The notes below the pieces were generated by a model. The model made no database searches and was not told the DNA's origin. It was given only the letters and a program-made list of their open reading frames with translations. Shown in pieces: positions 1-9,740 of a DNA stretch of 64,000 nt. Source of the stretch: an uncultured delta proteobacterium (GTDB lineage: Bacteria; Desulfobacterota; Binatia; Bin18); NCBI GenBank assembly GCA_963733195.1, contig CAVTCR010000033.1, positions 64,249-128,248 on the forward strand. The letters are read 5' to 3'. The first letter of the stretch is position 1; the number at the start of each line of letters is the position of its first letter. The translations under genes were made by a program, and so were the position numbers.

Positions 1-68
1 CGATCAAAGTGCCCAAAGCGACAGCACGATATATCGCTGAGAGCAAGGATCTCGAATATGACGGTTGA
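1..68 (+). CDS. 3' end of a probable antitoxin (partial)
   Basis: Reads ...IKVPKATARYIAESKDLEYDG*; its stop overlaps the start of a PIN-like ORF, a typical type II TA layout. Confidence 0.45.
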   Translation, partial: IKVPKATARYIAESKDLEYDG

Positions 69-189
69 TGAAATCCGTGACGGTGAAGCGATTTTCCTCG
101 ATGCGAATATCTTTGTGTATCATTTGTGTGAACGTACCTCTTGTTGTCATCAAACCGGGCTGGTAATCTCCTGCCGTCTACTATCGTGA
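58..189 (+). pseudogene. Truncated PIN-domain (VapC-like) toxin
   Basis: MTVDEIRDGEAIFLDANIFVYH matches the PIN N-terminal DxN motif, but the ORF ends after 43 aa. Confidence 0.6.
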
Positions 190-216
190 TAACTCAACAA
201 AAAGGAGGAGTCTGCC

Positions 217-597
217 ATGATTAAATTGAAGTCCATTCGGCATACCGGGGTTCCAGTGATGGATGTTGATAAAGCCCGCGAGTTCTATGGAGATGTTCTG
301 GGATTCAAAGAAATTCCGCGTCCCGAAATTAAGGGCATTCCCGGTATCTGGTATGAGTGCAACGGCACGCAAGTGCACATTATTGGACAGCGCAATGAGA
401 TGGCGGCACAGGGATTGCCTGGCATCGGCACGCATATCGCTATCCATGTCGAAGACTTCGAAGAGGCGAAGCGAGAGCTGACGGCCAAAGGCATCGAGTT
501 CAAGGAATTCATGCCGCCGCCTCATATTGGCAATGCGCCAGTACTGTTTGTGAAAGACCCTGACGGTAATGTCGTTGAGTTGCGGGCGGAAGCGTAG
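217..597 (+). CDS. VOC/glyoxalase family protein
   Basis: IRHTGVPVMDVDKAREFYGDVLG, HIAIHVEDF and FVKDPDGNVVEL motifs; AGGAGG RBS. Confidence 0.92.
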   Translation: MIKLKSIRHTGVPVMDVDKAREFYGDVLGFKEIPRPEIKGIPGIWYECNGTQVHIIGQRNEMAAQGLPGIGTHIAIHVEDFEEAKRELTAKGIEFKEFMPPPHIGNAPVLFVKDPDGNVVELRAEA

Positions 598-684
598 CCT
601 GAAGTGATGAGTCACGGGTAAAAGTAATGAGCCTCGTAGCCTCCCCGTGTGTGCACTGCCCACTCTACGCTGGCAACCGAAGAA

Positions 685-706
685 CGGTGGGCCATGCCCA
701 CCCTAC
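685..706 (-). repeat. GTAG-type REP-like palindrome
   Basis: Reverse complement is GTAGGGTGGGCATGGCCCACCG; a degenerate copy lies at ~646-668. Confidence 0.6.
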
Positions 707-742
707 TGTTCTGTATTTGACGTGTGAGCAAAGGGTGATCTC

Positions 743-1204
743 ATGCGAATCGAAGTCCATCCCAAGCCTGACGGTATGCAACATATTAACTTCATGTTCA
801 ACGCAGAGGCGCAGGAACCTGAAGATCTTTGGGTGATTGCGCAATTGCATGAGTTTCCTGTCCCGCCGAAGCGGACCTTACAATGGGAACGAGAGGGGCA
901 GGAGTACACCGTGTGGCAATACGGTCAATGTGTGGTCGGCAACGTCATGTTCTACATCGAGAAACATAAAGGCGTGGTAGATAAGATTCGTACGGTGTGT
1001 AATAGCGAATTCGAGCAGGCCGCTCTATCTCGTGCAGTATTCAACGAACTCGTATCACAAATTGCGTTAGAGTTGCAGAAGGACGCTCGCTTCATTGTCA
1101 ATGGCAGTGGTGAGCTGGCGATCGACGTTGATGAAGCGAAGCTGCGCGAATGCGTGCAGAGAAAGTTAGCTGAGGCGCGCGAGATTGCTCGGAGTGAAGC
1201 GTGA
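743..1204 (+). CDS. Hypothetical protein
   Basis: 153-aa ORF with protein-like composition, co-oriented with its neighbours; no motif recognised. Confidence 0.75.
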   Translation: MRIEVHPKPDGMQHINFMFNAEAQEPEDLWVIAQLHEFPVPPKRTLQWEREGQEYTVWQYGQCVVGNVMFYIEKHKGVVDKIRTVCNSEFEQAALSRAVFNELVSQIALELQKDARFIVNGSGELAIDVDEAKLRECVQRKLAEAREIARSEA

Positions 1205-1259
1205 TAAGTCTCACGTACCACGTGATACGTAAAACGTGGTGCGTGAATCTGGAGGCCAT

Positions 1260-2012
1260 GTGGCAGGTGTAGAAGGAAAGATCGCATTCATTACAGGAGC
1301 TGGATCGGGGATAGGACGCGCAACTGCCCTGGTTTTGGCAAAAGGTGGCGCTGACATTGCGGTCTGTGATGTAAACCTGCCTGGAGCCGAAGCTACTGCC
1401 GAAGAGGTTCGCAAGCTAGGACGACGAACGCTGGCGCTCCGAGTTGATGTGACACGGCTAGATGAAGTCGAACAAGCGGTTGCGAAAACAAAAAGTGATC
1501 TCGGTACGATTGACATTTTGCTTAGCAATGCGGGTATTGCGGAACAGGTCGCGTTTGCCGAGATGACCGAGGCACAGTGGGATCGCATGTTCAACGTTCA
1601 CCTAACCGGTACATACAACTGCTTCCGAGCGATTCTTCCTGGTATGCGTGAACGCAATTGGGGACGGCTGATTAGTACGTCCTCAATGGGGGCATTCACC
1701 GGCGGGGTGCGTCTCTCACATTACTGTGCTGCCAAAGCCGGTATTGCGGGATTGACGATCGCAATGGCAAGCGAGCTGGCACGGACAGGGATTACCGTCA
1801 ATGCCGTTGCGCCTGGAGTGATCGATACCCCGATGCTGCAGGAGAGCCCGCCGCAGTGGGTTGAGCGGATGGCGAAAACTATTCCCATGCGCAAACTCGG
1901 TAAACCTGAAGATATTGCCTATGCCGTCGCCTATCTTGCATCAGAAGAAGCCGGGTTTGTCACTGGGCAAATTCTCAGCCCCAATGGCGGCTCGTATACG
2001 AAGTGGTGTTGA
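1260..2012 (+). CDS. SDR family oxidoreductase (FabG-like)
   Basis: TGAGSGIG, SNAG and YCAAK motifs; GTG start after GGAGG. Confidence 0.92.
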   Translation: MAGVEGKIAFITGAGSGIGRATALVLAKGGADIAVCDVNLPGAEATAEEVRKLGRRTLALRVDVTRLDEVEQAVAKTKSDLGTIDILLSNAGIAEQVAFAEMTEAQWDRMFNVHLTGTYNCFRAILPGMRERNWGRLISTSSMGAFTGGVRLSHYCAAKAGIAGLTIAMASELARTGITVNAVAPGVIDTPMLQESPPQWVERMAKTIPMRKLGKPEDIAYAVAYLASEEAGFVTGQILSPNGGSYTKWC

Positions 2013-2013
2013 T

Positions 2014-2796
2014 ATGCGACTCAAAGGAAAAGTAGCGTTAGTGACAGGCGCTGGCTCAGGATTAGGACAAGCCACGGCGCAGTTGTTTGCCCAAGAAGGG
2101 GCGAAAGTCATCGTTGCTGATATCAGCCAGCGTCGTGCTGAGGCGGTAGCCGCAGAAATCAATGGGACCGGGAAACGCGCAAAAGCAGTGGCGGTCCGTG
2201 GCGATGTCTCCCAGAAGGCTGAAGTTGATGCGATGGTGGCCGAGGGCAAGAAACGTTTCGGCACGATCAATATTGTAGTGAACAATGCTGGGATCGGCCA
2301 GATCAAGAATTTTGTCGATATTTCGCCGGACGAATGGCAACGCATGCTTGATGTTCACATGAAGGGGACATTTCTGTGTACACAGGCAGTGATCTCTGAC
2401 ATGATTGCCACGAATTGGGGACGGGTAATCAACACCGCCTCAGTTGCGGGTATGCACGGCGGCCCGCAAAACGCACACTACGCTGCGGCGAAGGCGGCGA
2501 TTATTGGATTCACGCGATCGCTGGCGCTGGAGTTGGCCCGTAATAACATCACGGTGAACGCCGTTGCCCCCGGCCTCATCGATACGCCGATGGCGCGCGG
2601 TGTCGGAGCGGGTGAGGACAGAGCCATTGACGAGGCGAAAGCCGAACAAGTCAAACAATTCTTCTTGCGACGCATTCCCTTACGTCAACTCGGGCGACCG
2701 GCTGATATCGCCTCTGCTCATTTGTACCTCGCTTCGGATGAGGCGGCCTATGTCACCGGCCAGATCCTGAGTCCGAATGGTGGATATGTGATGTAA
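2014..2796 (+). CDS. SDR family oxidoreductase (FabG-like)
   Basis: TGAGSGLG, NNAG and YAAAK motifs; ATG 1 nt after the upstream stop. Confidence 0.92.
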   Translation: MRLKGKVALVTGAGSGLGQATAQLFAQEGAKVIVADISQRRAEAVAAEINGTGKRAKAVAVRGDVSQKAEVDAMVAEGKKRFGTINIVVNNAGIGQIKNFVDISPDEWQRMLDVHMKGTFLCTQAVISDMIATNWGRVINTASVAGMHGGPQNAHYAAAKAAIIGFTRSLALELARNNITVNAVAPGLIDTPMARGVGAGEDRAIDEAKAEQVKQFFLRRIPLRQLGRPADIASAHLYLASDEAAYVTGQILSPNGGYVM

Positions 2797-2802
2797 CCAA
2801 CA

Positions 2803-2930
2803 ATCTAGGGGTCTATGGGTCTAAGAGTCTAGAGTTAGGAGTCGAAAAAAGTGTGGAAGCAGAGATTTTGTTTTTGACTCCCAGACGCCAGACTAAGACT
2901 CCTCGACGCATAGACTAGCCCTAGACTGTT
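2803..2930. repeat. Imperfect inverted repeat built from GTCTAGA-like heptamers
   Basis: ctaggggtctatgggtctaagagtctagagttaggagtcgaaaa ... ttttgactcccagacgccagactaagactcctcgacgcatagactagccctag. Confidence 0.6.
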
Positions 2931-2975
2931 TTCGCTGTTTCGTCTATCTAGTAACTCTCTGAGAGGAGACAATCT

Positions 2976-4142
2976 GTGACGACATTGACGGCCCCTTCGC
3001 GGTTCTTCACCCCGGAGCACGAGATTTTTCGTGAACAAGTGCGGAACTTCGTCAATAAAGAGCTCAATCCGTACATGGATCAATGGGAAGAAGAACAACT
3101 TTTCCCGAAATCCCTATACCGCCGAATGGGTGAGCTCGGATTTCTCGGTATTCGTTATCCTGAAAAGTACGGTGGGAGTAATGGCGACATCTGGATGACT
3201 GTCGCATTTTGCGAAGAACTGTGCCGTGCCCGCGGCATGGGGCTACCTATGAGTGTGCTGGTTCATACCGATATGTCATCAACGCATATTGCTCGTTACG
3301 GGACAGAAGAGCAGCGGCAGCAATATCTTGTGCCCATGATCACCGGCGAGAAAGTGTGTGCGATCGCAGTGTCTGAACCAGCTGCGGGGTCTGATGTCGG
3401 TGGCATTCAAACAACCGCGGTAAAGGATGGTGATTCCTACGTTATTAACGGCTCGAAGATTTTTATTACTAACTCGGTGCATGCTGACGTTTTTTGTGTC
3501 GCGGCGAAGACCAATAAAGACGCTGCTCATAAAGGCATCTCGATGATTATTGTCGAGCGTGACACACCAGGGTTTCGTCTTGCCAAGAAACTCAAAAAGC
3601 TCGGTAATAACTCTTCCGATACCGGCGAGCTGGTGTTCGAAGATGTCCGGGTTCCACGTAAAAATTTGATTGGTGAAGAGGGCAAGGGATTCTACTACAT
3701 CATGGGGAATTTTCAGGACGAACGTCTGATCGCGGCGGCGATGGCGGTCGGTGCCGCGCAACAGGCACTCGAAGATACCCTACGGTATACGCGAGAACGA
3801 CGTACCTTTGGTAAGCGCGTGTTTGATCATCAGGCACTTGCGCACCGTTTGGCTGACCTCGCCACTGAGCTAGAAGCAGCTCGACAGTTGACGTATTACG
3901 CTGCTGATGTTCTTCAGCGGGGTGGCGATTGCAGTACTGAGGTTTCGATGGCTAAGCTGTTTGCCTCGGAAATGGCCAATCGAATGGCGTATCACTGTTT
4001 GCAACTTCATGGTGGTTATGGTTATATGCAGGAGTTTCCGATTGAGCGCTTTTTCCGGGATATTCGTCTGAGTCCGATTGGGGGAGGAACCTCGGAGATC
4101 ATGCGTGATATTATCGCGAGACGGGGGCTTGATAGAGACTAA
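2976..4142 (+). CDS. Acyl-CoA dehydrogenase
   Basis: SEPAAGSD, INGSKIFITN, LHGGYGYM and IGGGTSEI motifs. Confidence 0.95.
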   Translation: MTTLTAPSRFFTPEHEIFREQVRNFVNKELNPYMDQWEEEQLFPKSLYRRMGELGFLGIRYPEKYGGSNGDIWMTVAFCEELCRARGMGLPMSVLVHTDMSSTHIARYGTEEQRQQYLVPMITGEKVCAIAVSEPAAGSDVGGIQTTAVKDGDSYVINGSKIFITNSVHADVFCVAAKTNKDAAHKGISMIIVERDTPGFRLAKKLKKLGNNSSDTGELVFEDVRVPRKNLIGEEGKGFYYIMGNFQDERLIAAAMAVGAAQQALEDTLRYTRERRTFGKRVFDHQALAHRLADLATELEAARQLTYYAADVLQRGGDCSTEVSMAKLFASEMANRMAYHCLQLHGGYGYMQEFPIERFFRDIRLSPIGGGTSEIMRDIIARRGLDRD

Positions 4143-4335
4143 CGATTGGGAGCGTAAATCGAAAACCGTAAAGAAAGCCGACCCTCATCATCTACTAGGA
4201 TTCATCCTTTGGAATTCTTTCCTCTTTACGAGTTACCTTTTACGGCTTCGGGAGTGGTTGTGATGTGTGGTGGTGGAACGTTACCCCTTAGGCTCTTGAG
4301 GAGAATAGGGGTGGTGGAGTGGGGAGGAAGAGCAC

Positions 4336-4821
4336 ATGGGAAGAGTGTTGGAGGTCGAAGTCCCGCAAGACGTATTTAGTCGCCGTATTCAACCCTTTGG
4401 CATTGCCCTCGCCGAAGTCTCCTGGCGGGTGAAAATGTTCACCCACGATGGTGTCGTGCTGGCTGCGCTGCACCTGGAAGAGCCTAACCTCATCATCGCG
4501 CTCTCGTTCTGGCCGCAGGCCGAACTTGCCCGGCGCTGTTTTAAGGGAAGCTTTGAGATCAGTCTGGTTGCGGTGAACACTCCGAGCAGTCGAGTTCGTA
4601 TGGATGTCCAACTGGATGCGACAACAGTTGAGGAACTATTCGTTGCTGCCGAGTTAATTAACGCTCGTCCTACGCGAACTGGCGTTCGACGGGCGGAGAA
4701 ACATTTTGCCGAGTTCCTCAAATCGAGTTTTCCTGACATGGTTGTGGTGTGGGCTGATGCCTACCGCTGGCGCGAACGGCGGCGGCGAGTTGATGCCACT
4801 ACGCCGATTCGCGTGGGATGA
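4336..4821 (+). CDS. Hypothetical protein
   Basis: 161-aa ORF with GGAGG RBS; no motif recognised. Confidence 0.65.
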   Translation: MGRVLEVEVPQDVFSRRIQPFGIALAEVSWRVKMFTHDGVVLAALHLEEPNLIIALSFWPQAELARRCFKGSFEISLVAVNTPSSRVRMDVQLDATTVEELFVAAELINARPTRTGVRRAEKHFAEFLKSSFPDMVVVWADAYRWRERRRRVDATTPIRVG

Positions 4822-5112
4822 GCCATGAGCGAAAAAAGCACAACGACCTTGCAGTAGTGTTCTCGAAGACTGCTTGCTACGATGATGTATAGTGCACTCT
4901 TTGTGAGTGTAGCCAGCGCTGAAGATGAAGTGACGAAGCTCAATGCCGGTAAGCGAGAGCTACCAGACGGCTTCATTGTCGAGATTCGGAAGCAATGAGT
5001 CTCGGGGCTCGAAGCACAGTCTTTCTACTATTGTTGACTCTAGACTCTGGACCCTCGATGAGCTTCTCAGTATAGTAGCCCGACTCACAAACCCGCGTTA
5101 AAGGAGGTTGTC

Positions 5113-5586
5113 ATGACCGACGAGGAACTCAAAGCAAAAATTAAAGAAGTTATCTCAGAAATGGGAATCTGGAGTGGTCATCGGGAGATGACAGTCGATG
5201 ATATTGCTACCATTCAGCCAGGTCTGGCGCGTATCATGCCGGATGTTGGCATCCGCACCTGGAAACTTTACTATGCTGCGAAGGAAGGTCACTGGGAGTT
5301 AGCCAATTTCCAATGGAAGGAAATTAAAGAACTCATGGAACTCGGAGCGTTCACCCGACCAAAACATGAGGAGGCCCTGAACCAGTTCATGGCGGAAGAC
5401 TGGCCACCGATCGGCAAAGCAATTGCCGCGAAAGATTTTGCGGCGTTTGAAACCGCCTTCCATAAAGCGGTTGAACAAGCAAATGCCTATCACGAATTGA
5501 AAGATAAACCGTATATTCGTTGGAAACTGCCGAATACCCCGCCACCGGATTTAGAGATGGCACCGCGAGGGAAGAAGAGTAGTTAG
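5113..5586 (+). CDS. Helical-bundle protein, cytochrome-c-like but lacking CxxCH
   Basis: AAGGAGG RBS; QPGLARIM..WKLYYAAKEGHWELA..ANAYH..PYI pattern. Confidence 0.75.
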   Translation: MTDEELKAKIKEVISEMGIWSGHREMTVDDIATIQPGLARIMPDVGIRTWKLYYAAKEGHWELANFQWKEIKELMELGAFTRPKHEEALNQFMAEDWPPIGKAIAAKDFAAFETAFHKAVEQANAYHELKDKPYIRWKLPNTPPPDLEMAPRGKKSS

Positions 5587-5612
5587 GCTAGAAAAATCAG
5601 GCCGGAATGATG

Positions 5613-5644
5613 AAGGGCAGGTTAGCGCTGACCTGCCCTTTTTT
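5613..5644 (+). terminator. Rho-independent terminator between convergent genes
   Basis: aagggcaggttagcgctgacctgccctt followed by a T-run. Confidence 0.85.
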
Positions 5645-5648
5645 GCTG

Positions 5649-7388
5649 CTAAGGTGCTGGTTCAGTCGCCGACTGAGTATCTAAAAAAGACGGCTGCGAA
5701 TCTCTCACTTGAAAGGCGGTTTCTGCAGGGGTTGAGCCTCCCTTCGTCAAAGTTCTGATGCCCCACCGGACGTTCGACCCTCGTGCATCGACGTGAATGA
5801 ACGGGCCGTGGCTAGATGTCTCCCGGTAGCGAGCAAGACCCCCCATCAGTATTTTTTGCAACCGAGGCTCAGATGCATTCTCGATAAGTTGATAGATCAC
5901 GTCGGCGTCATGCGTGTCGATAACGCCATCCTGATTCAGGTCGTCCATTTCCCCATCATGTGGCTCTTCATCAATGAAAATATCCGCAGCATCACCCCAT
6001 AGATGCCGACTGTAGGTGGTCCGGTTACCGATGGCGCGATTGTAATACGGTGTACGATACCCGCTCATGATGCTAAACGTTCGCGCGCGATAACCGTGTG
6101 CGTTGACCATTTCGAGGAGCTGCTCAAGAGTGGCAAGTAGGCGTGCATCTAAGATCATGTATTTGGGATAATCTCCATCTTGTTTACAAAGAAATTGGCG
6201 CAAACGAAAATGGGGGCTGACAAGTATATTCTCATTCTCTGGTGTGACTTCGATGAGTCCACGAGGTGGGTTGTACATCGGCAGTTTGCGCAGCGCCTCG
6301 GTAGGATACTGGCCAATGCGATAGCCATTGAGATGCCCATCTTGTATCCGGTCTAAAGGAACCATGACGAACACATTGAGAGTTACTGAGCTACCGGTCC
6401 GGGTATTTGTGATCTTCACCGGATAGAGGCCAGTGTCTGCTGGTGCGGTCCAGTACCACCGACGTGACGCCAAGAGACGTTCCGGACCTAACGAGCTGTG
6501 AAGAGTATATTCGCCTTTCCTCTGCGGGTCATTCACTGCCAAAAAGATCTCGTCTCTAGGAAGGACGAAGGCGCTATTGATACGACGCCCGAGTTGATCG
6601 TCATTAAAAGTGACAGTAAAGGGTGCCCTCTGCGGAGTATACCCTGACCACTCCTTGGTCCGGCTCTCGTCCTTTAGCATTACAGTTGGAGGGACGCGCT
6701 CTACGAGTGCGACGGTAGCAGGTGACGATGGCGACGGTGATTGTACAGCTGTTGCACTTTGCACCCTCTCCTCTTGAGTAGTCGATGCTAGAGGGCTTGA
6801 TGGTTGTGTTGATCGTAACACATACATGTGTGAACTCTGAGATTTTGTAGCAATCAGACGCGTTTTGCGCGCTGTCGAGGGAGGTGATTTCCGCAGTGAA
6901 ATTTTCTTCTCTTTCCATCGGTGGTTCCGGGCTTCAGTTCGTGAAACAGGAAGTGCGACCACCGTCTTCTCCATAGTGTGGCGTTTGGTCTCCTTAAGAA
7001 CTGTGACATATCGAGCTTTTGCACGATTTGAAGCAACAGTGCTGCGCTTCTTCTTTGTCCTGCTGTTCACAGCAGATTTATCAGATGCTCGAGATACAGG
7101 TTGGTATTTCTCTCGCGAAATAGAAACAGAAGGTTGGTCTTGCTTAAGTTTTTTTTCCTTCTGCACCCGCTGTTGACGTTGTGACGTCGGACGAATGGGA
7201 GTCGAGACCGAGCTACCTTTCGTGGCTGATGCAGGGGGCTTTTTCTTGGCGTTCGTCGGCTTCCGTGGGTTGTGCTTTTCTGTCGATGAAGCTGAAGATA
7301 GTTTTGCAAGCGCAAGGTACGAAACTGAGACAAAAATGCACAGGAGCAACGCTTGCCAACTGTATTGAACCTTTTTCTTGTTCTTCAT
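5649..7388 (-). CDS. Peptidase M15A (D-Ala-D-Ala metallopeptidase-like) with long basic N-terminal region
   Basis: Signal peptide; SPHFRLRQFLCK, MSGYRTPYYN, SRHLWGDAADI and FIHVDAR zinc-site motifs. Confidence 0.85.
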   Translation of the reverse strand: MKNKKKVQYSWQALLLCIFVSVSYLALAKLSSASSTEKHNPRKPTNAKKKPPASATKGSSVSTPIRPTSQRQQRVQKEKKLKQDQPSVSISREKYQPVSRASDKSAVNSRTKKKRSTVASNRAKARYVTVLKETKRHTMEKTVVALPVSRTEARNHRWKEKKISLRKSPPSTARKTRLIATKSQSSHMYVLRSTQPSSPLASTTQEERVQSATAVQSPSPSSPATVALVERVPPTVMLKDESRTKEWSGYTPQRAPFTVTFNDDQLGRRINSAFVLPRDEIFLAVNDPQRKGEYTLHSSLGPERLLASRRWYWTAPADTGLYPVKITNTRTGSSVTLNVFVMVPLDRIQDGHLNGYRIGQYPTEALRKLPMYNPPRGLIEVTPENENILVSPHFRLRQFLCKQDGDYPKYMILDARLLATLEQLLEMVNAHGYRARTFSIMSGYRTPYYNRAIGNRTTYSRHLWGDAADIFIDEEPHDGEMDDLNQDGVIDTHDADVIYQLIENASEPRLQKILMGGLARYRETSSHGPFIHVDARGSNVRWGIRTLTKGGSTPAETAFQVRDSQPSFLDTQSATEPAP

Positions 7389-7401
7389 ACATGCTCCTGT
7401 C

Positions 7402-9507
7402 TTATTGTCCCGTTAATGCTTGTACTGGCGCTGGCGCTGGCGCTGGCGGCTGGGCAGGGGACTCCATACTTGGTGTACGTTTATGGATCTTTGTTCTGGG
7501 CGGTTGCCGCTTACGGCCGCGGTTCGAGCGTAATGTCGGGCCTAAGCGATCGTACCGGTAAATGTCATTACGGAATTGTAGCTCGCCGTCGTCGTCCACC
7601 CAGGCTGTCCAGTATTGAATGTAGACAGGCAGGGGGTCGGGTAGATATACAGTTTGTTCTTTGCTACGGCGTAGCGTAGCCTCGATCGCCTTCTTTGGCC
7701 ACTTGGGAGAATCGCGTAAGAGATATTCGGCAAGTTCGAGGGGCTTTTCTACACGAATGCAGCCATGGCTAAAGGTCCGCACTGTACGATTAAAAAGACT
7801 TTTTGATGGGGTATCGTGGAGATACACGCTATACGGATTGGGGAATATGAACTTGACTCGACCCAGAGCATTTTTTGGTCCCGGCCCCTGACGGATGACG
7901 TAGTCGTAGACTCGAACTGACTTCGTAGACCCATCTATCGCGTCAGGGTCGGGAACTTGTTTATAGCCGACTGGAATGCGGCGGACAGCGTAGTTGTTAC
8001 GTCCAAAGTACGAAGGATTGCGCTGATGAAGAGGCCAGAGCTCTTTCTCGGCGATCGTCTTGGGAACGTACCAGTATGGATTGAGTACGACATAAGTCAT
8101 CTTGGCACTGAATGTGGGAGTGGCGTTCTCTTTGATCATCTTGCCAACGACAACCTTCATGTCCATCACCGATTGTTCGTTCTCTACAACCGCTAAGGTG
8201 AAGTTCGGCACATTCACGGCGATGTAGCGGCGTCCGAGATCTTGCGGCAGGCTGCGCCAACGTGTCATGTTCATGGTGATTTGGCGTACGCGGGTCTCGG
8301 CGGAGATATTCAACGCGGCTAACGTCTCTCCCCCAACAATACCATTTACCGTCAATCCGTGCCGGCGTTGGAACTTCTGCACTCCTTGTTCTATTTCCTG
8401 ATCAAAGATTGCAGCAGATATAGATTCCGGGCTTTGTTTTCCTGACGGATCAAACAGGTTGTCAGGACTGTCTACTGCAGAAGCGGGGATATCGCCACTG
8501 GCAATGAGACGCGCTCGCAATTTCGCAACCCGGTCCCCACTAGCGCCGAGAACAAGTTCAGGTCCTGCCGGAACACTTGGCCAGCCACCGTGGGCGGCAA
8601 TATCACGATAGCGGGCCAAAGCCTCGCGCAAGCGTGTGTATCCAGGTTGCTTTGGTGGCAAGTTCCGAATGGTGTCGACAATCTGGTTCGAAATCAGTGC
8701 CGTTTGCAATAGTGGCACTAAATCGCTCTCGTCATTTTTGGTAAACCACTTCTCATCCAGCATCTCGAGATTGACCCGACCAAGAGAGGCATCCACTCCG
8801 TACAGGAAGAAAGCATCGGTCAGCAAAAAATCCAGATCCGCCAGGAGCACTGGATCATGAGTTTTCTGGGCAGCTTGTCCGAACTGCAGATCCGCCAGCA
8901 CGGCTTTGATCTTGGCGAGGTGATAATCGCTGGCACGTAGTCCTTCACGACCCGCTTCTTCTTGAATGGAGTTCAGAAAATCCTCTGCGTGTGGAAGCGG
9001 ACCGGAAGCACTTGTCCAGGCTGGTTGGTGCTCTCGTCCTTCATAGAATCGCGTGAGGAGCGCGGTGGCACGGATGAGTTCCTTGCCGACATACAACTTC
9101 GGAGGAATAAACTTTGCCGGTTTCTCTGGTGGTGCTGGGGCAACAGGGGGAGTTGATGGTACTGCCTCAGGAGCCGCGCCGTTGGCATCGTTTGCTGGGT
9201 TAGCGTTTGCATCGACGGGCGGGGTGCCAGTGACTTCTATCGGTGTCGCAGTAGGCACCGGTTCTGGAGGTGGCTTACGTGCTTCGAGTTGTGTCCGAAT
9301 ACGTTCGGTTATTGGGTCTGAAGCAAGCTGGGCGGATAGCGGAAGTGGAAGCAGTAAGTCTGATGCAGAGAGCGCTACTCCTATCAACAATATCAGCCTG
9401 TGCACCCTCAGACTTACCGCTGCAAGTGAGAGTCTGTGGCGTCGTGCGGACGATAAGAGTATCGTCAAGCACTGTACGAACCGTCGGCGTAACATCATGT
9501 ACTCCAT
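7402..9507 (-). CDS. L,D-transpeptidase, YcbB/LdtD type, with scaffold and PG-binding domains
   Basis: FQRRHGLTVNGIVG PG-binding motif; GPGPKNALGRVKF; YLHDTP...SHGCIRV catalytic motif. Confidence 0.93.
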   Translation of the reverse strand: MEYMMLRRRFVQCLTILLSSARRHRLSLAAVSLRVHRLILLIGVALSASDLLLPLPLSAQLASDPITERIRTQLEARKPPPEPVPTATPIEVTGTPPVDANANPANDANGAAPEAVPSTPPVAPAPPEKPAKFIPPKLYVGKELIRATALLTRFYEGREHQPAWTSASGPLPHAEDFLNSIQEEAGREGLRASDYHLAKIKAVLADLQFGQAAQKTHDPVLLADLDFLLTDAFFLYGVDASLGRVNLEMLDEKWFTKNDESDLVPLLQTALISNQIVDTIRNLPPKQPGYTRLREALARYRDIAAHGGWPSVPAGPELVLGASGDRVAKLRARLIASGDIPASAVDSPDNLFDPSGKQSPESISAAIFDQEIEQGVQKFQRRHGLTVNGIVGGETLAALNISAETRVRQITMNMTRWRSLPQDLGRRYIAVNVPNFTLAVVENEQSVMDMKVVVGKMIKENATPTFSAKMTYVVLNPYWYVPKTIAEKELWPLHQRNPSYFGRNNYAVRRIPVGYKQVPDPDAIDGSTKSVRVYDYVIRQGPGPKNALGRVKFIFPNPYSVYLHDTPSKSLFNRTVRTFSHGCIRVEKPLELAEYLLRDSPKWPKKAIEATLRRSKEQTVYLPDPLPVYIQYWTAWVDDDGELQFRNDIYRYDRLGPTLRSNRGRKRQPPRTKIHKRTPSMESPAQPPAPAPAPVQALTGQ

Positions 9508-9740
9508 CGGACGACTGTGACCTCCTTAAGAAGAGAAGAAGCAGGGGGATGATTAATCATAGCACGGTTAGAGGCAGTGTATCACCTGTTCAGCAAAATC
9601 TTTACAGTAATGCCGAATTTCGTGGCCGATTTCTCCTCTCCAGGATGGACAGAGGCTGTGACTCCGACCTCGGGTCTAATAGCACGGATATTCGTTTGGC
9701 ACATTGCCTTCCGACGATGAGGAAGGCAAGAGAGATCACA

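Noticed and set aside
2803-2930. CRISPR array
   Set aside because: No identical 23-47 nt repeats with unique spacers, and no cas genes in the window.
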